A DNA stretch of 64,000 bases from Candidatus Obscuribacteraceae bacterium (GCA_044226015.1 JBGAHS010000002.1:192001-256000); one strand, 5' to 3'. Shown: positions 51,723 through 62,402, numbered from the stretch's first letter. The notes: generated by a model not told the origin, from the letters alone. Made by a program: numbers and translations.

Positions 51723-54680
51723 CTAGCCGGAACTCATAAGCTCAGCACGGCCAATACGTTTGCGGTCTTGCAAGAGGCGCTGTAGCACTGGCGCATTTTT
51801 CAACTCGGGATCTTCCTTGATCCACTCAATTGCAACCTTTCTTGCGCTTTCGAGGATTTTTGCATCTTTAACTATATCCGCCAAAAGCATCTCAGGCATG
51901 CCGGATTGCCGCACCCCAAGGAATTCGCCAGGACCACGCAGCTCGAGATCTTTCTGTGCGACGACAAATCCATCGTTAGTTTCGGTCATGATGCCCAACC
52001 TTTGGCGCGTCTGCTCAGACTTAGCATCTGCCACCAGAAAACAATATGATTTGTCAGCGCCGCGTCCAACCCTTCCGCGAAGCTGATGCAACTGTGCAAG
52101 ACCAAATCTATCAGCGTTTTCTATAACCATCACAGTTGAGTTAGGCACATCGACACCAACTTCGATCACCGTAGTTGATACCAAAATATGGTATTCACCT
52201 TTCCTGAACTCTTCCATCACTTTATCTTTGTCTTGCGCCTTGAGTTTCCCGTGCATCAAACCAATTTTGAATTGCGGGAAGATCTCAGTGCAGAGCCTTT
52301 CATATTCAACTGTCGCAGCCTTGGCCGAAAGTGTTTCTGATTCTTCAATTAAAGGAAATACTATATATACCTGGCGACCGAACATGATCTCTTCTTTGAT
52401 TTTCGAAATCATTTCATTCTTTTCTTTTGCAGTACAAACCAATTTGGTTTCAATTGGTTTTCGGCCTGGCGGCAACTCATCGATTTCGGAAACATCAAGG
52501 TCACCGTGCAAAGAGAGCGCCAGGGTTCTTGGAATTGGAGTTGCTGTCATGGTAAGCAATTCAGGATTGTTGCCTTTTGCTTTCAAATTCGCTCGTTGCT
52601 TAACGCCAAATCTATGTTGCTCATCAATGATTACAAATCCCAGTTTGTTGAACTCCACGTCGTCCTGAATCAGAGCATGAGTTCCAATCGCAACATGCAC
52701 TTGTCCATTGAGAAGTTCTTGTTGAACTTGTCGACGTTCTTTCACAGTTTGTTTGCCCAGGAATAAAGCGCAACGCAGACCCAACGGCGTCAACCAACGT
52801 TGAAATTGCCTGAAGTGTTGCTCGGCAAGTATTTCTGTTGGAGCCATCACTGCAACCTGGTAACCATTTTCAATAGCTACCAGAGCCGACATAGCAGCTA
52901 CAACGGTTTTTCCAGAACCAACATCTCCCTGAACGAGACGGTGCATAGGCTTTGGTGATGCGAGATCTCTTTCAATTTCCCCAAAAACCCTTTCTTGTGC
53001 ACCAGTGAGTTTGAACGGCAGCCCTTCTTTGAACTGCTGAAGCAAATGACCGGTTGGTGATTTTAGAGTTAAAGCATCATTATTGTTTTGGAAGTGATAT
53101 CGCCGCATCGCCAGCTCAAGCTGAGCTAACAATAGTTCGTCGAAAACCAGCCGTTGCCTGGCTTCCTCTGACTGCTCAAGGCTTTCTGGAAAATGAATGC
53201 CCCATAAAGCAGCGGGCAAATCTGCAAGCCCAAGTCGCTCACGCAGCTCTTTCGGCAACGGATCGGTCATCTTGTCAGCAAAACTATCAAGTGCCGTATG
53301 AATGATTTTACGCAAAGTTCTAAGCGAGAGTCCTTCGGTGAGTGCATACACAGGAACCAATCTGCCTACATGTAGAGAGCCGAAATCATCGTCATTTGCA
53401 GCTAAAGTACCAAGCAACTCTATCTCGGCATTCTTCAACTTGAGCCTGCCACCATAATCGTCTAACTCAACTATGCCGCTTGCCATCACTTGGGCACCTT
53501 TTGGATAGCTTGCCTTATAGCGTTCCAACAAATATTTATTAGAGCGGCCGCCCACAAACTTGCTGATGAGAATACTTCCGCTACCATCATTAATAGTGAT
53601 GCTAAGAATTGAAATATTTCCGCGTTTAGATTGATAAGCGCCGACACTGCGGATAGTACCGAATATGGTGACAGTCTCACCAACTTCGAGATCACGAATC
53701 TTTCTATGATTTTGGAAATCTAAATGTTGCCGAGGGTAGTGGCGCAATAATTGCTCGGCATTATTTACGCCGAGCTTCTCAAGCAATTCAGCCATTTTTG
53801 GCCCAACGCCACGTAAGAACTGAACCTCCAGCTTACTGGGGTCATTCATATCGACCGGTTCGATGATGCGATCAGACTTTGCAGGTTTGTTCTTGTCTTC
53901 CAATTGCTTCATCCCCGCAGAATCGATTGATAAATGCGGAATCGGATATTCAAGAGACCTGGATTCTGCAACGGCAGGCTTGGAGGAAGAACTCGACTTT
54001 GAGCCGCCTCCTGAGCGCGACTTAAATGGACTGCCATATTTATAAGGGCTGGCAGCAGGTTCCCCAGCTGTAATGCTACTTGCCACTGCGCCATTTTTGT
54101 TGGAACCGTTATTGCCAGCTTTAGCGACAGCTGACTTCGAGCCATTTGAAGCGCTGACTTTAGCTTCGCCAGAACGTGACCCTCCTGCAAAATTCAGTCC
54201 AGATTTCCCAGAATTCAGGTTGCTAGAGGTCCCTGCGTTGCTGGCTCCAGCGGAAACATTGTTCTTTGCTGTTGCCGATTTAGCTCCTGATTTTTTTGCT
54301 GCGCTTGACTTTGCACTGACCAGCTTGCCAGAAGACCCAGATTTGTTCGCGACAGCTTTTCCTTTTGCAAATTCAGCTTCGGGGTCGGCTATTTGCGGCG
54401 GACCAACAAGCATTTCTTCGGTGCGCCGCAAAATCATGATTCTGGACGCCACATCAAGATTTGGATATTGCCGAAATAAACCGCGAAGGGTAGTCCAGCG
54501 CAAATCCATAGGAAAACGTTTCATCAGGCGTTCAGAAGTTCGTCGCATGAAGTCGGCAAAAGTACTGCGCTTTCCACGAAAGTCTGTGTAGCGAGCTTTG
54601 CGTTCAATGATAATAGCTTTACGCATAGCTGAAATTTCAGCTTCACGATCGACAACAGAATTGAATGAGCTGCTTGTCAC
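51723..54680 (-). CDS. recG: ATP-dependent DNA helicase RecG with long N-terminal extension
   Basis: QGDVGSGKT, IIDEQHRFGV, TATPIPRTL, QLRGRVGRG, DLELRGPGE. Confidence 0.97.
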   Translation of the reverse strand: MTSSSFNSVVDREAEISAMRKAIIIERKARYTDFRGKRSTFADFMRRTSERLMKRFPMDLRWTTLRGLFRQYPNLDVASRIMILRRTEEMLVGPPQIADPEAEFAKGKAVANKSGSSGKLVSAKSSAAKKSGAKSATAKNNVSAGASNAGTSSNLNSGKSGLNFAGGSRSGEAKVSASNGSKSAVAKAGNNGSNKNGAVASSITAGEPAASPYKYGSPFKSRSGGGSKSSSSSKPAVAESRSLEYPIPHLSIDSAGMKQLEDKNKPAKSDRIIEPVDMNDPSKLEVQFLRGVGPKMAELLEKLGVNNAEQLLRHYPRQHLDFQNHRKIRDLEVGETVTIFGTIRSVGAYQSKRGNISILSITINDGSGSILISKFVGGRSNKYLLERYKASYPKGAQVMASGIVELDDYGGRLKLKNAEIELLGTLAANDDDFGSLHVGRLVPVYALTEGLSLRTLRKIIHTALDSFADKMTDPLPKELRERLGLADLPAALWGIHFPESLEQSEEARQRLVFDELLLAQLELAMRRYHFQNNNDALTLKSPTGHLLQQFKEGLPFKLTGAQERVFGEIERDLASPKPMHRLVQGDVGSGKTVVAAMSALVAIENGYQVAVMAPTEILAEQHFRQFQRWLTPLGLRCALFLGKQTVKERRQVQQELLNGQVHVAIGTHALIQDDVEFNKLGFVIIDEQHRFGVKQRANLKAKGNNPELLTMTATPIPRTLALSLHGDLDVSEIDELPPGRKPIETKLVCTAKEKNEMISKIKEEIMFGRQVYIVFPLIEESETLSAKAATVEYERLCTEIFPQFKIGLMHGKLKAQDKDKVMEEFRKGEYHILVSTTVIEVGVDVPNSTVMVIENADRFGLAQLHQLRGRVGRGADKSYCFLVADAKSEQTRQRLGIMTETNDGFVVAQKDLELRGPGEFLGVRQSGMPEMLLADIVKDAKILESARKVAIEWIKEDPELKNAPVLQRLLQDRKRIGRAELMSSG

Positions 54681-54856
54681 AAGTCCACCGAACCAAATTT
54701 TCTAATGACAGGATAGCCTGAAGAAAGGCTTCCTAACGAGCTTTCTGCGATTAAATCTTTAGAACCGCTCGGTTGCAAATACGCTGCATAGCGGCTTTAT
54801 ATACACACTGATAAGCGTGAACGCGTGAAAGCGCTGACCCAGGCTTCGTTCACATA

Positions 54857-54891
54857 TAAAAAGTGAAAGAGCCGCTACTTGAGCGACTCTT
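54857..54891 (-). terminator. Intrinsic terminator after mglA
   Basis: Minus strand AAGAGTCGC-TCAAGTA-GCGGCTCTT followed by TCACTTTTT. Confidence 0.6.
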
Positions 54892-54920
54892 AACATCATA
54901 GTTTCCTGGACGCTTCCGTT

Positions 54921-55499
54921 TTACTGCAAGCGGTTCAGAATCAATTTGGAGATTGCTTTCAATGTCGCGAATACACCGAGACCTTCTGAAGCCACAGCTT
55001 CGAAGCTCGGAATGCCACGAATATTCAAATCACGTTCCATACGTTCAACACTCATTGCATTTGCAAGGTCTCTCTTATTGTATTGGAGAACCCATGGAAT
55101 GTTGTCGAGTGTCAGATTGTACTCAGCAAGGTTATCGATCATGTTTTGCAACGACTCAGCGTTTTCTTTCGAACGCATCACATCGGAGTCGGCGACGAAG
55201 ATGATTCCGTCGACGCCGTTCAATATGAGCTTACGACTTGCGTTGTACTCAACCTGACCAGGAACCGTATAAAGAGAGAATCTCGTTTTAAATCCTTGCA
55301 CAGAGCCTAAATCAAGAGGCAAGAAGTCAAAAAACAGCGTACGTTCAGTTTCAGTGGCAAGACTGATCAGCTCGCCGCGCGTTGATGGCGCTAGCTGGCT
55401 GTGAATATATTTCAAATTGGTTGTTTTGCCACCAAGACCGGTGCCGTAATAGACGATCTTGCAGTTGATTTCTCTGGCGGCGTAGTTAACTAATGCCAT
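54921..55499 (-). CDS. mglA: MglA-family small Ras-like GTPase
   Basis: [43 protein letters not shown]. Confidence 0.93.
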   Translation of the reverse strand: MALVNYAAREINCKIVYYGTGLGGKTTNLKYIHSQLAPSTRGELISLATETERTLFFDFLPLDLGSVQGFKTRFSLYTVPGQVEYNASRKLILNGVDGIIFVADSDVMRSKENAESLQNMIDNLAEYNLTLDNIPWVLQYNKRDLANAMSVERMERDLNIRGIPSFEAVASEGLGVFATLKAISKLILNRLQ

Positions 55500-55988
55500 C
55501 CCTAATCCCTGTTTCCCTCACTCACCCATATCAACCTAGCTGGACCAACTGCTTTCGATACAGATTGATACCACGAATGCGGCTCGGTTAAAAGCCTATT
55601 CGTCTGAGCTTGAAGAATTGAGAGCCGAGTATTGCTACGCAATGGCTGCCTCTTTCTCTTTACTTGTTATCGTCTGCCGAACAACTGCGGGCGTAGTAAA
55701 AGCTACTGTTTAAGGATACTACGAACTATCGATTCTCAATCATCTGACAACCAAGAAATCTAGTTGTCATGCTTATTAAGACGTAACATCCTTCAGACTT
55801 TCTGAACACCGCAAATCATTGTGATATAATTTCATCCTTCGTGGAGCAGGCTCCGTCAAGTGATTCCTTCTAGGAAGGAAGTCACTCTCCTTTTGAAAGA
55901 TACCCACTTTTAAGGAGCTAAACGCAGTTTGTTCAAACGAGTTTTTATAAGCACGTGACACTTTAGTGTCATCGAAGGGAAATTCGCT

Positions 55989-56192
55989 ATGTCAAAGCAA
56001 TGTGAAACTTGTGGAAAAGCGCCAACAACAGGCTACAACTACACGTTTTTGCGGTCTCACTTCAACCCGCATAACAAGCGTCGTTGGCTACCGAACCTGC
56101 AAAAGATTCGCGTCAACGTAGGCGGCCAGGTCAAGCGCATGAAAGTTTGTACCAGCTGCATCAAAGCCGGCAGAATCCACAAGGCTGGTTAA
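55989..56192 (+). CDS. rpmB: 50S ribosomal protein L28
   Basis: CETCGK...KRRWLPNLQ...VCTSCIK. Confidence 0.95.
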   Translation: MSKQCETCGKAPTTGYNYTFLRSHFNPHNKRRWLPNLQKIRVNVGGQVKRMKVCTSCIKAGRIHKAG

Positions 56193-56213
56193 CCGCAGTT
56201 AAGGTTTGTCGCT

Positions 56214-56248
56214 ACCAACGATGCCATTTTGGCCATCGTTGGTTTTGT
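56214..56248 (+). terminator. Intrinsic terminator after rpmB
   Basis: ACCAACGATG...CATCGTTGGT followed by TTT. Confidence 0.7.
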
Positions 56249-56461
56249 GCTTTTTGGATCTACACAATACATTTCGTAACCCATTGGCAGCGCCACCGCT
56301 TGATGTGCAATTGTGACAAATGATTTTGTGAACTAATGCTTCAAGATATATCAGCCAGAGATGGCAGACTACTGACAGCTGAAATTCGCAAGTCCGATAA
56401 TCAAGAACGTCTGCAAGAACTTCATCGGTACCTATTTTTTTGTTCAGCAAAGATTTTTCGT

Positions 56462-56884
56462 GGGACTCAATCGGTACCGGTCCAGTTCTCAAAAATTCGC
56501 TGGCTCTTGGCGAGTAGAAAAAACTTGGAACTCAATCGGTACCGGTCCAGTTTTCAAAAATTCGCTGGCTCTTGGCGAGCAGAAAAAACTTGGAACTCAA
56601 TCGGTACCGGTCCAGTTCTCAAAAATTCGCTGGCTCTTGGCGAGCAGAAAAAACTTGGAACTCAATCGGCACCGGTCCAGTTTTCAAAAATTCGCTGGCT
56701 CTTGGCGAGTAGAAAAAACTTGGAACTCAATCGGTACCGGTCCAGTTTTCAAAAATTCGCTGGCTCATGACGAGCAGAAAAAACTTGGAACTCAATCGGT
56801 ACCGGTCCAGTTTTCAAAAATTCGCTGGCTCTTGGCGAGCAGAAAAAACTTGGAACTCAATCGGTACCGGTCCAGTTCTCAAAA
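56462..56884. repeat. Tandem array, 65-bp unit, ~6.5 copies
   Basis: Unit GGAACTCAATCGGTACCGGTCCAGTTTTCAAAAATTCGCTGGCTCTTGGCGAGCAGAAAAAACTT at exact 65-bp period. Confidence 0.95.
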
Positions 56885-56924
56885 TGATATGCACCAGAGT
56901 TCGCTTGACATTGATTGGATGTAA

Positions 56925-59900
56925 TTATTTCCCTGCTGCCTTCAATGCAATGAACGCATTTAGCAAAGTCGCCACAGCTACCAGGCGGCCCCTGACAGCA
57001 CCTCCTGGACCATGTTCGCTTGCCAACTTCTCAATTTCAGCGGCAGAAGGCTTAAAGCTATGCATGATCTCCTGCGCTCTTTTCATCGCCTCTGCATGAC
57101 CGGGGCTCTTGTCATTGCTCAGCTTTGCGTGAAACTCTCTCTCCTCAGCTATTGCAAGCTTCAGCTCAGCAATAAGTCTTTGGTCCTTTTCTCTTTTGAG
57201 TTCTTCAGCGGAAAGCTTCGCTTCCAATCCCTTGATTCGCTCGGTCCAGAGTTCAGAGAATGGAATCTCTCTATCCACATTTCCAATCTTTACTCCGTTA
57301 GGACTGATTTCAAGGCTTGCCACTTTAGGACCAGATTCTGGCAGATGAGTAAGCTCCGCTCCAGCACCAGAAGACCGTTGAGTACTCTCGGTCGAAGCGT
57401 CGGCCTTTGTCGGCACGGCTCTAGCGAAGCTCTGTGAGACGAACTCGCCCAGAGCAGCCTTTGCACCAGCTGCGGTGGCAGAATTCGAGCGCACAGTTTG
57501 TTCCAACATGCTTGTGTATAGTGCTTTTGTAAGCTCTTCTGGTTGCCCCTTCAACAATTTCTCGGGAACAACAAATTTTGTTTCGACCTCACTGACAGCC
57601 AGCTCTGTCTTTCCATCGGAAGCAAGAACAAATTTGCCATTGACTCGAAGGGCAGCTTTGCCCTTCGCAGAATACTCCACACCAACCTGATTGGCGGTTT
57701 TGCTTACATCAACTGATATTTTGTCTTGGGTGAGTTGTGGTTCTTTAATGCCTGATTCTTTCAGGAATTCACTAACAGCATCAGCAATACGCGTATCCGA
57801 ATCAATCGGTGCCCCCTTCAATGTCGCCGACATGCTTTCAACTTTCTGATGAAATTGCTGAAGCGCTCTTTCACTTAAAAGTTCTTTTGGCACTCCCAAT
57901 TTTTCTGGAGAGGACTGTCCTGGCTCTTTCGCGCCATCGCGGGCGGTACCAGTGCTTCCGTTAGAATCTCCCGCAGGTCTATTTGCAGCTTCAAGTCGCG
58001 ATTTTAAGCCACGCAAAATATCCGCTTCTGCACTCTGGTCACCATGCACCACAATCAAGGTTTCGAGCGCTTTTCCAAGCTCTGCTGGACTAACTGGTTT
58101 CTCAGAACCAAGTATTGATTTTGCCTGGCGGACGGAGTCCATAAAATCCCTTACGGGCGTTCCTTCTTTGGAGACGTTATATGCGGAACCGGGTCGGAAT
58201 CGCTCAGCTGCTTCATTTTGGGCAGCAGGAGGCAAAGCTTTTGTCAGTCTATCCAGCTCTTCAAGTCGCTTTCTAATCGCAACAAGTGGTTTCTTTTCTG
58301 TATGCTCAATCAGACCATCCAGTACGCCTCTTTTCAGATCAATGAGATCACGCTGCTCTCTGCCTGCCCCTCGCTTCTCAGCAAGCAAATCGATCTTTCT
58401 TTGCCTGCACATTTCAATCGTTTCGCTCAAACCTCTTTGTTTTTCGAGCAACTCTTCTCTGAATCCACGAATTTCAACGGCTCTGGTCATAGGGTCTTTT
58501 TGCGATTCAATATACTCCATTCGCTGCTTGTAATTGAGCACCGAGGTTTGATGTCGAGCAACAGCGATGTCAACGCTGTAAATATTTTGAGTTAATCGAC
58601 CTGTCTTCAAGGTTTCGAAAATAACATCTGCTTGGTTTTGTATATCGACTTTTCGAGCATTAGCTCGTCCTTCCCATTGGTGTGGGTCAGAACTTATGAG
58701 ACCGGCCTTTCGCATTGCAGGCAAATCTGCTTTTCTCTCACCATCCGCAGACTCCTGCGTGGAATCGATCAAAATATAGTTGCCGCTCTTCTTATCCAGC
58801 AGAAGGAAATCGCCACCGAGGTCGTCGATTGCACCACCACTCAATTTGACGACTTCAAAGTTTGTATAGTGATGATGTTTCTGTAGAAATTCGAGCCTCT
58901 CTTTTACAGCATCAAAAACAATGCCTTCTGTAGCCTTTCCACCACGAGAAGAGAGGAAAGCAGTGGCATCAGCCTCCGAGTTCAGCATTTTTACAAGGAA
59001 CTTCATCTGGTCATCACTCTGAGTTCTCAACTTAGAGCTTATTTCCTCAAGCCTTTTTATTTCGTCTTTATCTGCCTGAGAAAGAGGAATTTTTTCCATT
59101 TCCTTGTCGTAAATTTTGTCCAAGTCTTTTACGACGGCATCCCATGCTGATTTTGTACCTTTCATTTCTTGCAGAAAAGTTTTTCTGAGACGATCAAGTT
59201 CAACATAATCAGATGGTGTCTTGTTGCTAGTTTGCAAAAGGCGACTTATTTCAGACCGAACTTCTTTCGATCGCACTTCAGGATCAGCGCTCTCCAAACG
59301 TTTTTGAATGGCTTCGCTACGCCCAGTAATTGCTGGAATTTGAATCTTTCTGGCGAGCGGCTCTAGAATCTGAGACATATTTGGCTCACGAGTCATCAAC
59401 TCTCTCAAATTATTTCTGACTCTCTCTAGCGCATTTCCGTAAAGTCCACCCTTGCCTTCGGTTAAGTCACGATCGATAGACTCTAACAACTTCAAAGAGC
59501 CTTCCTTGCCCTGCAAAAGTCGACCGGCTTCTTTAATTGTTTCGGCGGTCGCGTCGCTCGGCTCGGAGGGCTTCTCTCCCGACGCTTTGAGGTCAGAGGC
59601 TTTATCATCTGCGGCTTTCTGGTCATCCGCTGTCTTATCATCATCATCCGCAGAAAGATTCTCTGCAGCAATTTCAGTAAATGCAGGTTCAGATTCTTTA
59701 TTTTCAGGCGCTGCCGTTTCTACGAGAGTCACCCCAACAAGCACTGAAGCCGTGTCCGTGGATACATTAGCAGAACCCGATCCATCAGCTTTGTCCGCGG
59801 ATACATTAGCTTTGTCAGCAGATCCATCAGAAGGTCCTGTAGTGGAAGCAACAGCCTTCACACCCAACCCCTTCTCGCCTGCGACTCTTTCGTCAACCTG

Positions 59901-60140
59901 ATCCGCGGCTATCTTATCCCCAGCAGTCTTTGCTCGACCCGGTTTGTTGCTTGCATCGGAATCAACGGAAGACAAAGAAATTGCAAGAAACGGAAGCGAT
60001 GCTAACTGCAAGCCTGAATTTTGCTCGGAAGCAGGTTCCGTTTTTCGCCTGTTGTTGGTATTCAGAACTTCGCGAGAAACGCTATCGCTTACCTCGTCGT
60101 TGTCCGAATCTACCCACGAATGATGATCAGAGCCTTCCAC
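56925..60140 (-). CDS. Large hypothetical protein with central PD-(D/E)XK-like motif
   Basis: 1071 aa; acidic disordered N-terminus; coiled coils; GKATE...GGDFLLL...ILIDST. Confidence 0.7.
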   Translation of the reverse strand: MEGSDHHSWVDSDNDEVSDSVSREVLNTNNRRKTEPASEQNSGLQLASLPFLAISLSSVDSDASNKPGRAKTAGDKIAADQVDERVAGEKGLGVKAVASTTGPSDGSADKANVSADKADGSGSANVSTDTASVLVGVTLVETAAPENKESEPAFTEIAAENLSADDDDKTADDQKAADDKASDLKASGEKPSEPSDATAETIKEAGRLLQGKEGSLKLLESIDRDLTEGKGGLYGNALERVRNNLRELMTREPNMSQILEPLARKIQIPAITGRSEAIQKRLESADPEVRSKEVRSEISRLLQTSNKTPSDYVELDRLRKTFLQEMKGTKSAWDAVVKDLDKIYDKEMEKIPLSQADKDEIKRLEEISSKLRTQSDDQMKFLVKMLNSEADATAFLSSRGGKATEGIVFDAVKERLEFLQKHHHYTNFEVVKLSGGAIDDLGGDFLLLDKKSGNYILIDSTQESADGERKADLPAMRKAGLISSDPHQWEGRANARKVDIQNQADVIFETLKTGRLTQNIYSVDIAVARHQTSVLNYKQRMEYIESQKDPMTRAVEIRGFREELLEKQRGLSETIEMCRQRKIDLLAEKRGAGREQRDLIDLKRGVLDGLIEHTEKKPLVAIRKRLEELDRLTKALPPAAQNEAAERFRPGSAYNVSKEGTPVRDFMDSVRQAKSILGSEKPVSPAELGKALETLIVVHGDQSAEADILRGLKSRLEAANRPAGDSNGSTGTARDGAKEPGQSSPEKLGVPKELLSERALQQFHQKVESMSATLKGAPIDSDTRIADAVSEFLKESGIKEPQLTQDKISVDVSKTANQVGVEYSAKGKAALRVNGKFVLASDGKTELAVSEVETKFVVPEKLLKGQPEELTKALYTSMLEQTVRSNSATAAGAKAALGEFVSQSFARAVPTKADASTESTQRSSGAGAELTHLPESGPKVASLEISPNGVKIGNVDREIPFSELWTERIKGLEAKLSAEELKREKDQRLIAELKLAIAEEREFHAKLSNDKSPGHAEAMKRAQEIMHSFKPSAAEIEKLASEHGPGGAVRGRLVAVATLLNAFIALKAAGK

Positions 60141-60327
60141 AATCCCTTCCCTAGAAATCTGAGAGCCACTTAATTGTCTCGATGCAAACTGACATATTAG
60201 TGACTTTTTGAGTTATCACCATGATCTGCGGTCTTCCGCAGACTTGATTCGCTTCACTGAAAACCGTTGAATGCCTGCAAATCCGGCTGCTGATGCGCAT
60301 AAAAGCACTGCCGCGCCAAATGCATGT

Positions 60328-60484
60328 TTCATAAGCAGACTGAAAACCTGCGCCACCCAATTCATAAGCAGGCTGAAAACCTGCGCCACCCAATTCAGAA
60401 GCAGACTGGAAGCCCGCGCCCCCAATTCATAGGCAGGCTGAAAGCCCGCGCCCCCAATTCATAAGCGGGCTGAAAAACTGCGCC
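60328..60484. repeat. Cluster of ~5 REP-like palindromic units (32-33 bp)
   Basis: TTCATAAGCAGGCTGAAAACCTGCGCCACCCAA; reverse strand reads GTGG-C-GCAGG-TTTTCAG-CCTGC. Confidence 0.8.
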
Positions 60485-60515
60485 TGCTCAAGCACCAGCA
60501 GAGATCACATAAAAG

Positions 60516-61400
60516 CTACATCGCGTGCTGAACAATAGCCAGCAAACCATCATGTGGCACATGATAAACAGCATTGCAGAAATGGCACCTGCCTTCGGCA
60601 TCCTCGCCGGTTTTTGCCATCTCTACCAATTCTTCTTTATCGAGAACCTTAAGCGCCTGTATAAATCGCTCTTTCGAGCAGCCACAGTCAAAGCTCAGCT
60701 TTCGTTTGTAAGTAAGCTGCTGTTCGTCAATTTCAAATCCCTGCAATCCGCGTTTCAAGATTTCATCCAACTCCATTCCGCGTCGCATCAAAAACGTGAA
60801 GGTACCAAATGACGCCAGATTATTTTCCAGCATGCAGATTGTTTCTTCAGTATGGTCAGGCAAAAGCTGCACCAGCATGCCCCCCGCCGCTTCAACACCA
60901 TGGCTGCTCAAATGCACACCAACAATTAGAAACGAACCAGCGTCATGGCAGTTCACCAAATAACGATTGACGTCTTCGCCAATTTCGCCAGACACTAACT
61001 CAACAGTGGAAGTTTGCATCTGCCCGAAACCATTATCAACTGACACATGCAGATAGCCATTCGTGCCGACAGCAGCCCCAACATCAAGATTCCCCAGGGA
61101 GTTCAAAGGCAACTCAACCTGGGGATTCTCTACATAACCTCTAACTTGTCCTGTTCCTTTGGCGTCGACAACGACTTTACCGAGCGGCCCGTTACCCTGG
61201 AACTTCATGCTGACCTGCCCGCGCCTTGCCACCACCGGGGCTATAAGAGCCGCTGCTGTTAGCGCTCTCCCGAGAGCCGCAGCCGCAGTAAACGAGAGCT
61301 TGTGCTTTTGTCTTGCAGCCTCAACCAAATTGGTACTCGATGCAATAACGGCACTGATACTGCCATAGACATCCATAGCCTGGATCAAGCCATCTTCCAT
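60516..61400 (-). CDS. hslO: Hsp33 redox-regulated chaperone
   Basis: ALGRALTA, GPLG, VRGYV, SGEIGED, AAGGMLVQLLP, CGCS...CHFC. Confidence 0.93.
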   Translation of the reverse strand: MEDGLIQAMDVYGSISAVIASSTNLVEAARQKHKLSFTAAAALGRALTAAALIAPVVARRGQVSMKFQGNGPLGKVVVDAKGTGQVRGYVENPQVELPLNSLGNLDVGAAVGTNGYLHVSVDNGFGQMQTSTVELVSGEIGEDVNRYLVNCHDAGSFLIVGVHLSSHGVEAAGGMLVQLLPDHTEETICMLENNLASFGTFTFLMRRGMELDEILKRGLQGFEIDEQQLTYKRKLSFDCGCSKERFIQALKVLDKEELVEMAKTGEDAEGRCHFCNAVYHVPHDGLLAIVQHAM

Positions 61401-61451
61401 AACAGCACCCCTTATCAAAGTCTTTTTTATTTTAGCAGTTTCTAAGATTCT

Positions 61452-62402
61452 TCAAAAGGGGCTGTTTTTCGGTATAAGACACAGCACTCTGGCTATACCG
61501 TTCAAATCCATTAGTGGATCTAGCACATTCCAATCACGCGCACAAAATATATCAGCGACTGAATTTGCTTGGTCCACCCCTATTTCAAGAAAAACGCGTG
61601 CGCCATTTGAAAAGTCAGACGCAGGCAAATCAGCAATGTCTCGATAAAATCCTAACCCATCATCATCGCGCCCAAACAAGGCCAGCTCTGGCTCATGCTC
61701 TTTAACCTCAGGCGCAAGAGTGCCAGCATGCGCTCTGGGAATATAAGGCGGGTTACTGAGAAGCCCATCAATAGGCTTTTGAATCGAGGTCCACCAGTTT
61801 TTCCAATCGGAACATACAAGCCGCAAACGCGAATGCACATTGTACAAAATGGCATTCTTGCCTGCTATGGCGATAGCTTGAGCAGAGAGATCGCAGGCTT
61901 CGATTTCAGCGCGGGGAATTTGATTGAGTACGCAAACTGAAATAATGCCTGACCCCACGCCAATTTCAGCAAGACGCAAGCGAGGCACATTATCAGCTGG
62001 CGCAAAGGCTTTAGCTTCTTCAGCAAAGCCACTCACCCCGCAACGCTCTGTGCTGCAATCATTGAAGCCCTTGAAATAGCTTATTGCCGCATCCACTAGA
62101 ATTTCAGTATCAGCCCGCGGAATCAGCACACCAGGCTCAAGCAAAAAGCGTAATCCATAGAAATAAGTCTCACCCAAAATATATTGAAGCGGCTCTCGCA
62201 CACTGCGGCGCACAAGAATACGACGCATTTCATCAAGCTGAGCATCATCAATCAATAAACTCGGCTCTCGAAAACGATCAGCTCTGCTTCGCTGCGTCAC
62301 CGCAAGTATTATTAGCTCAGCTTCCGCCGCTGCCTCAGAATCTGCAATACCAATTTCTCTCAGCTGCGACTCTATGAATTTTGCCAGCTCTGAAATCTTC
62401 AT
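61452..62402 (-). CDS. prmC: Release factor glutamine methyltransferase
   Basis: EPLQYILG, VLIPRADTE, EIGVGSG, SNPPYI. Confidence 0.95.
   Translation of the reverse strand: MKISELAKFIESQLREIGIADSEAAAEAELIILAVTQRSRADRFREPSLLIDDAQLDEMRRILVRRSVREPLQYILGETYFYGLRFLLEPGVLIPRADTEILVDAAISYFKGFNDCSTERCGVSGFAEEAKAFAPADNVPRLRLAEIGVGSGIISVCVLNQIPRAEIEACDLSAQAIAIAGKNAILYNVHSRLRLVCSDWKNWWTSIQKPIDGLLSNPPYIPRAHAGTLAPEVKEHEPELALFGRDDDGLGFYRDIADLPASDFSNGARVFLEIGVDQANSVADIFCARDWNVLDPLMDLNGIARVLCLIPKNSPF

Noticed and set aside
56336..57099. Overlapping ORFs or CRISPR in the 65-bp array
   Set aside because: The unit is not a multiple of 3, the same peptides recur in all frames, and the inter-core sequence is essentially invariant.
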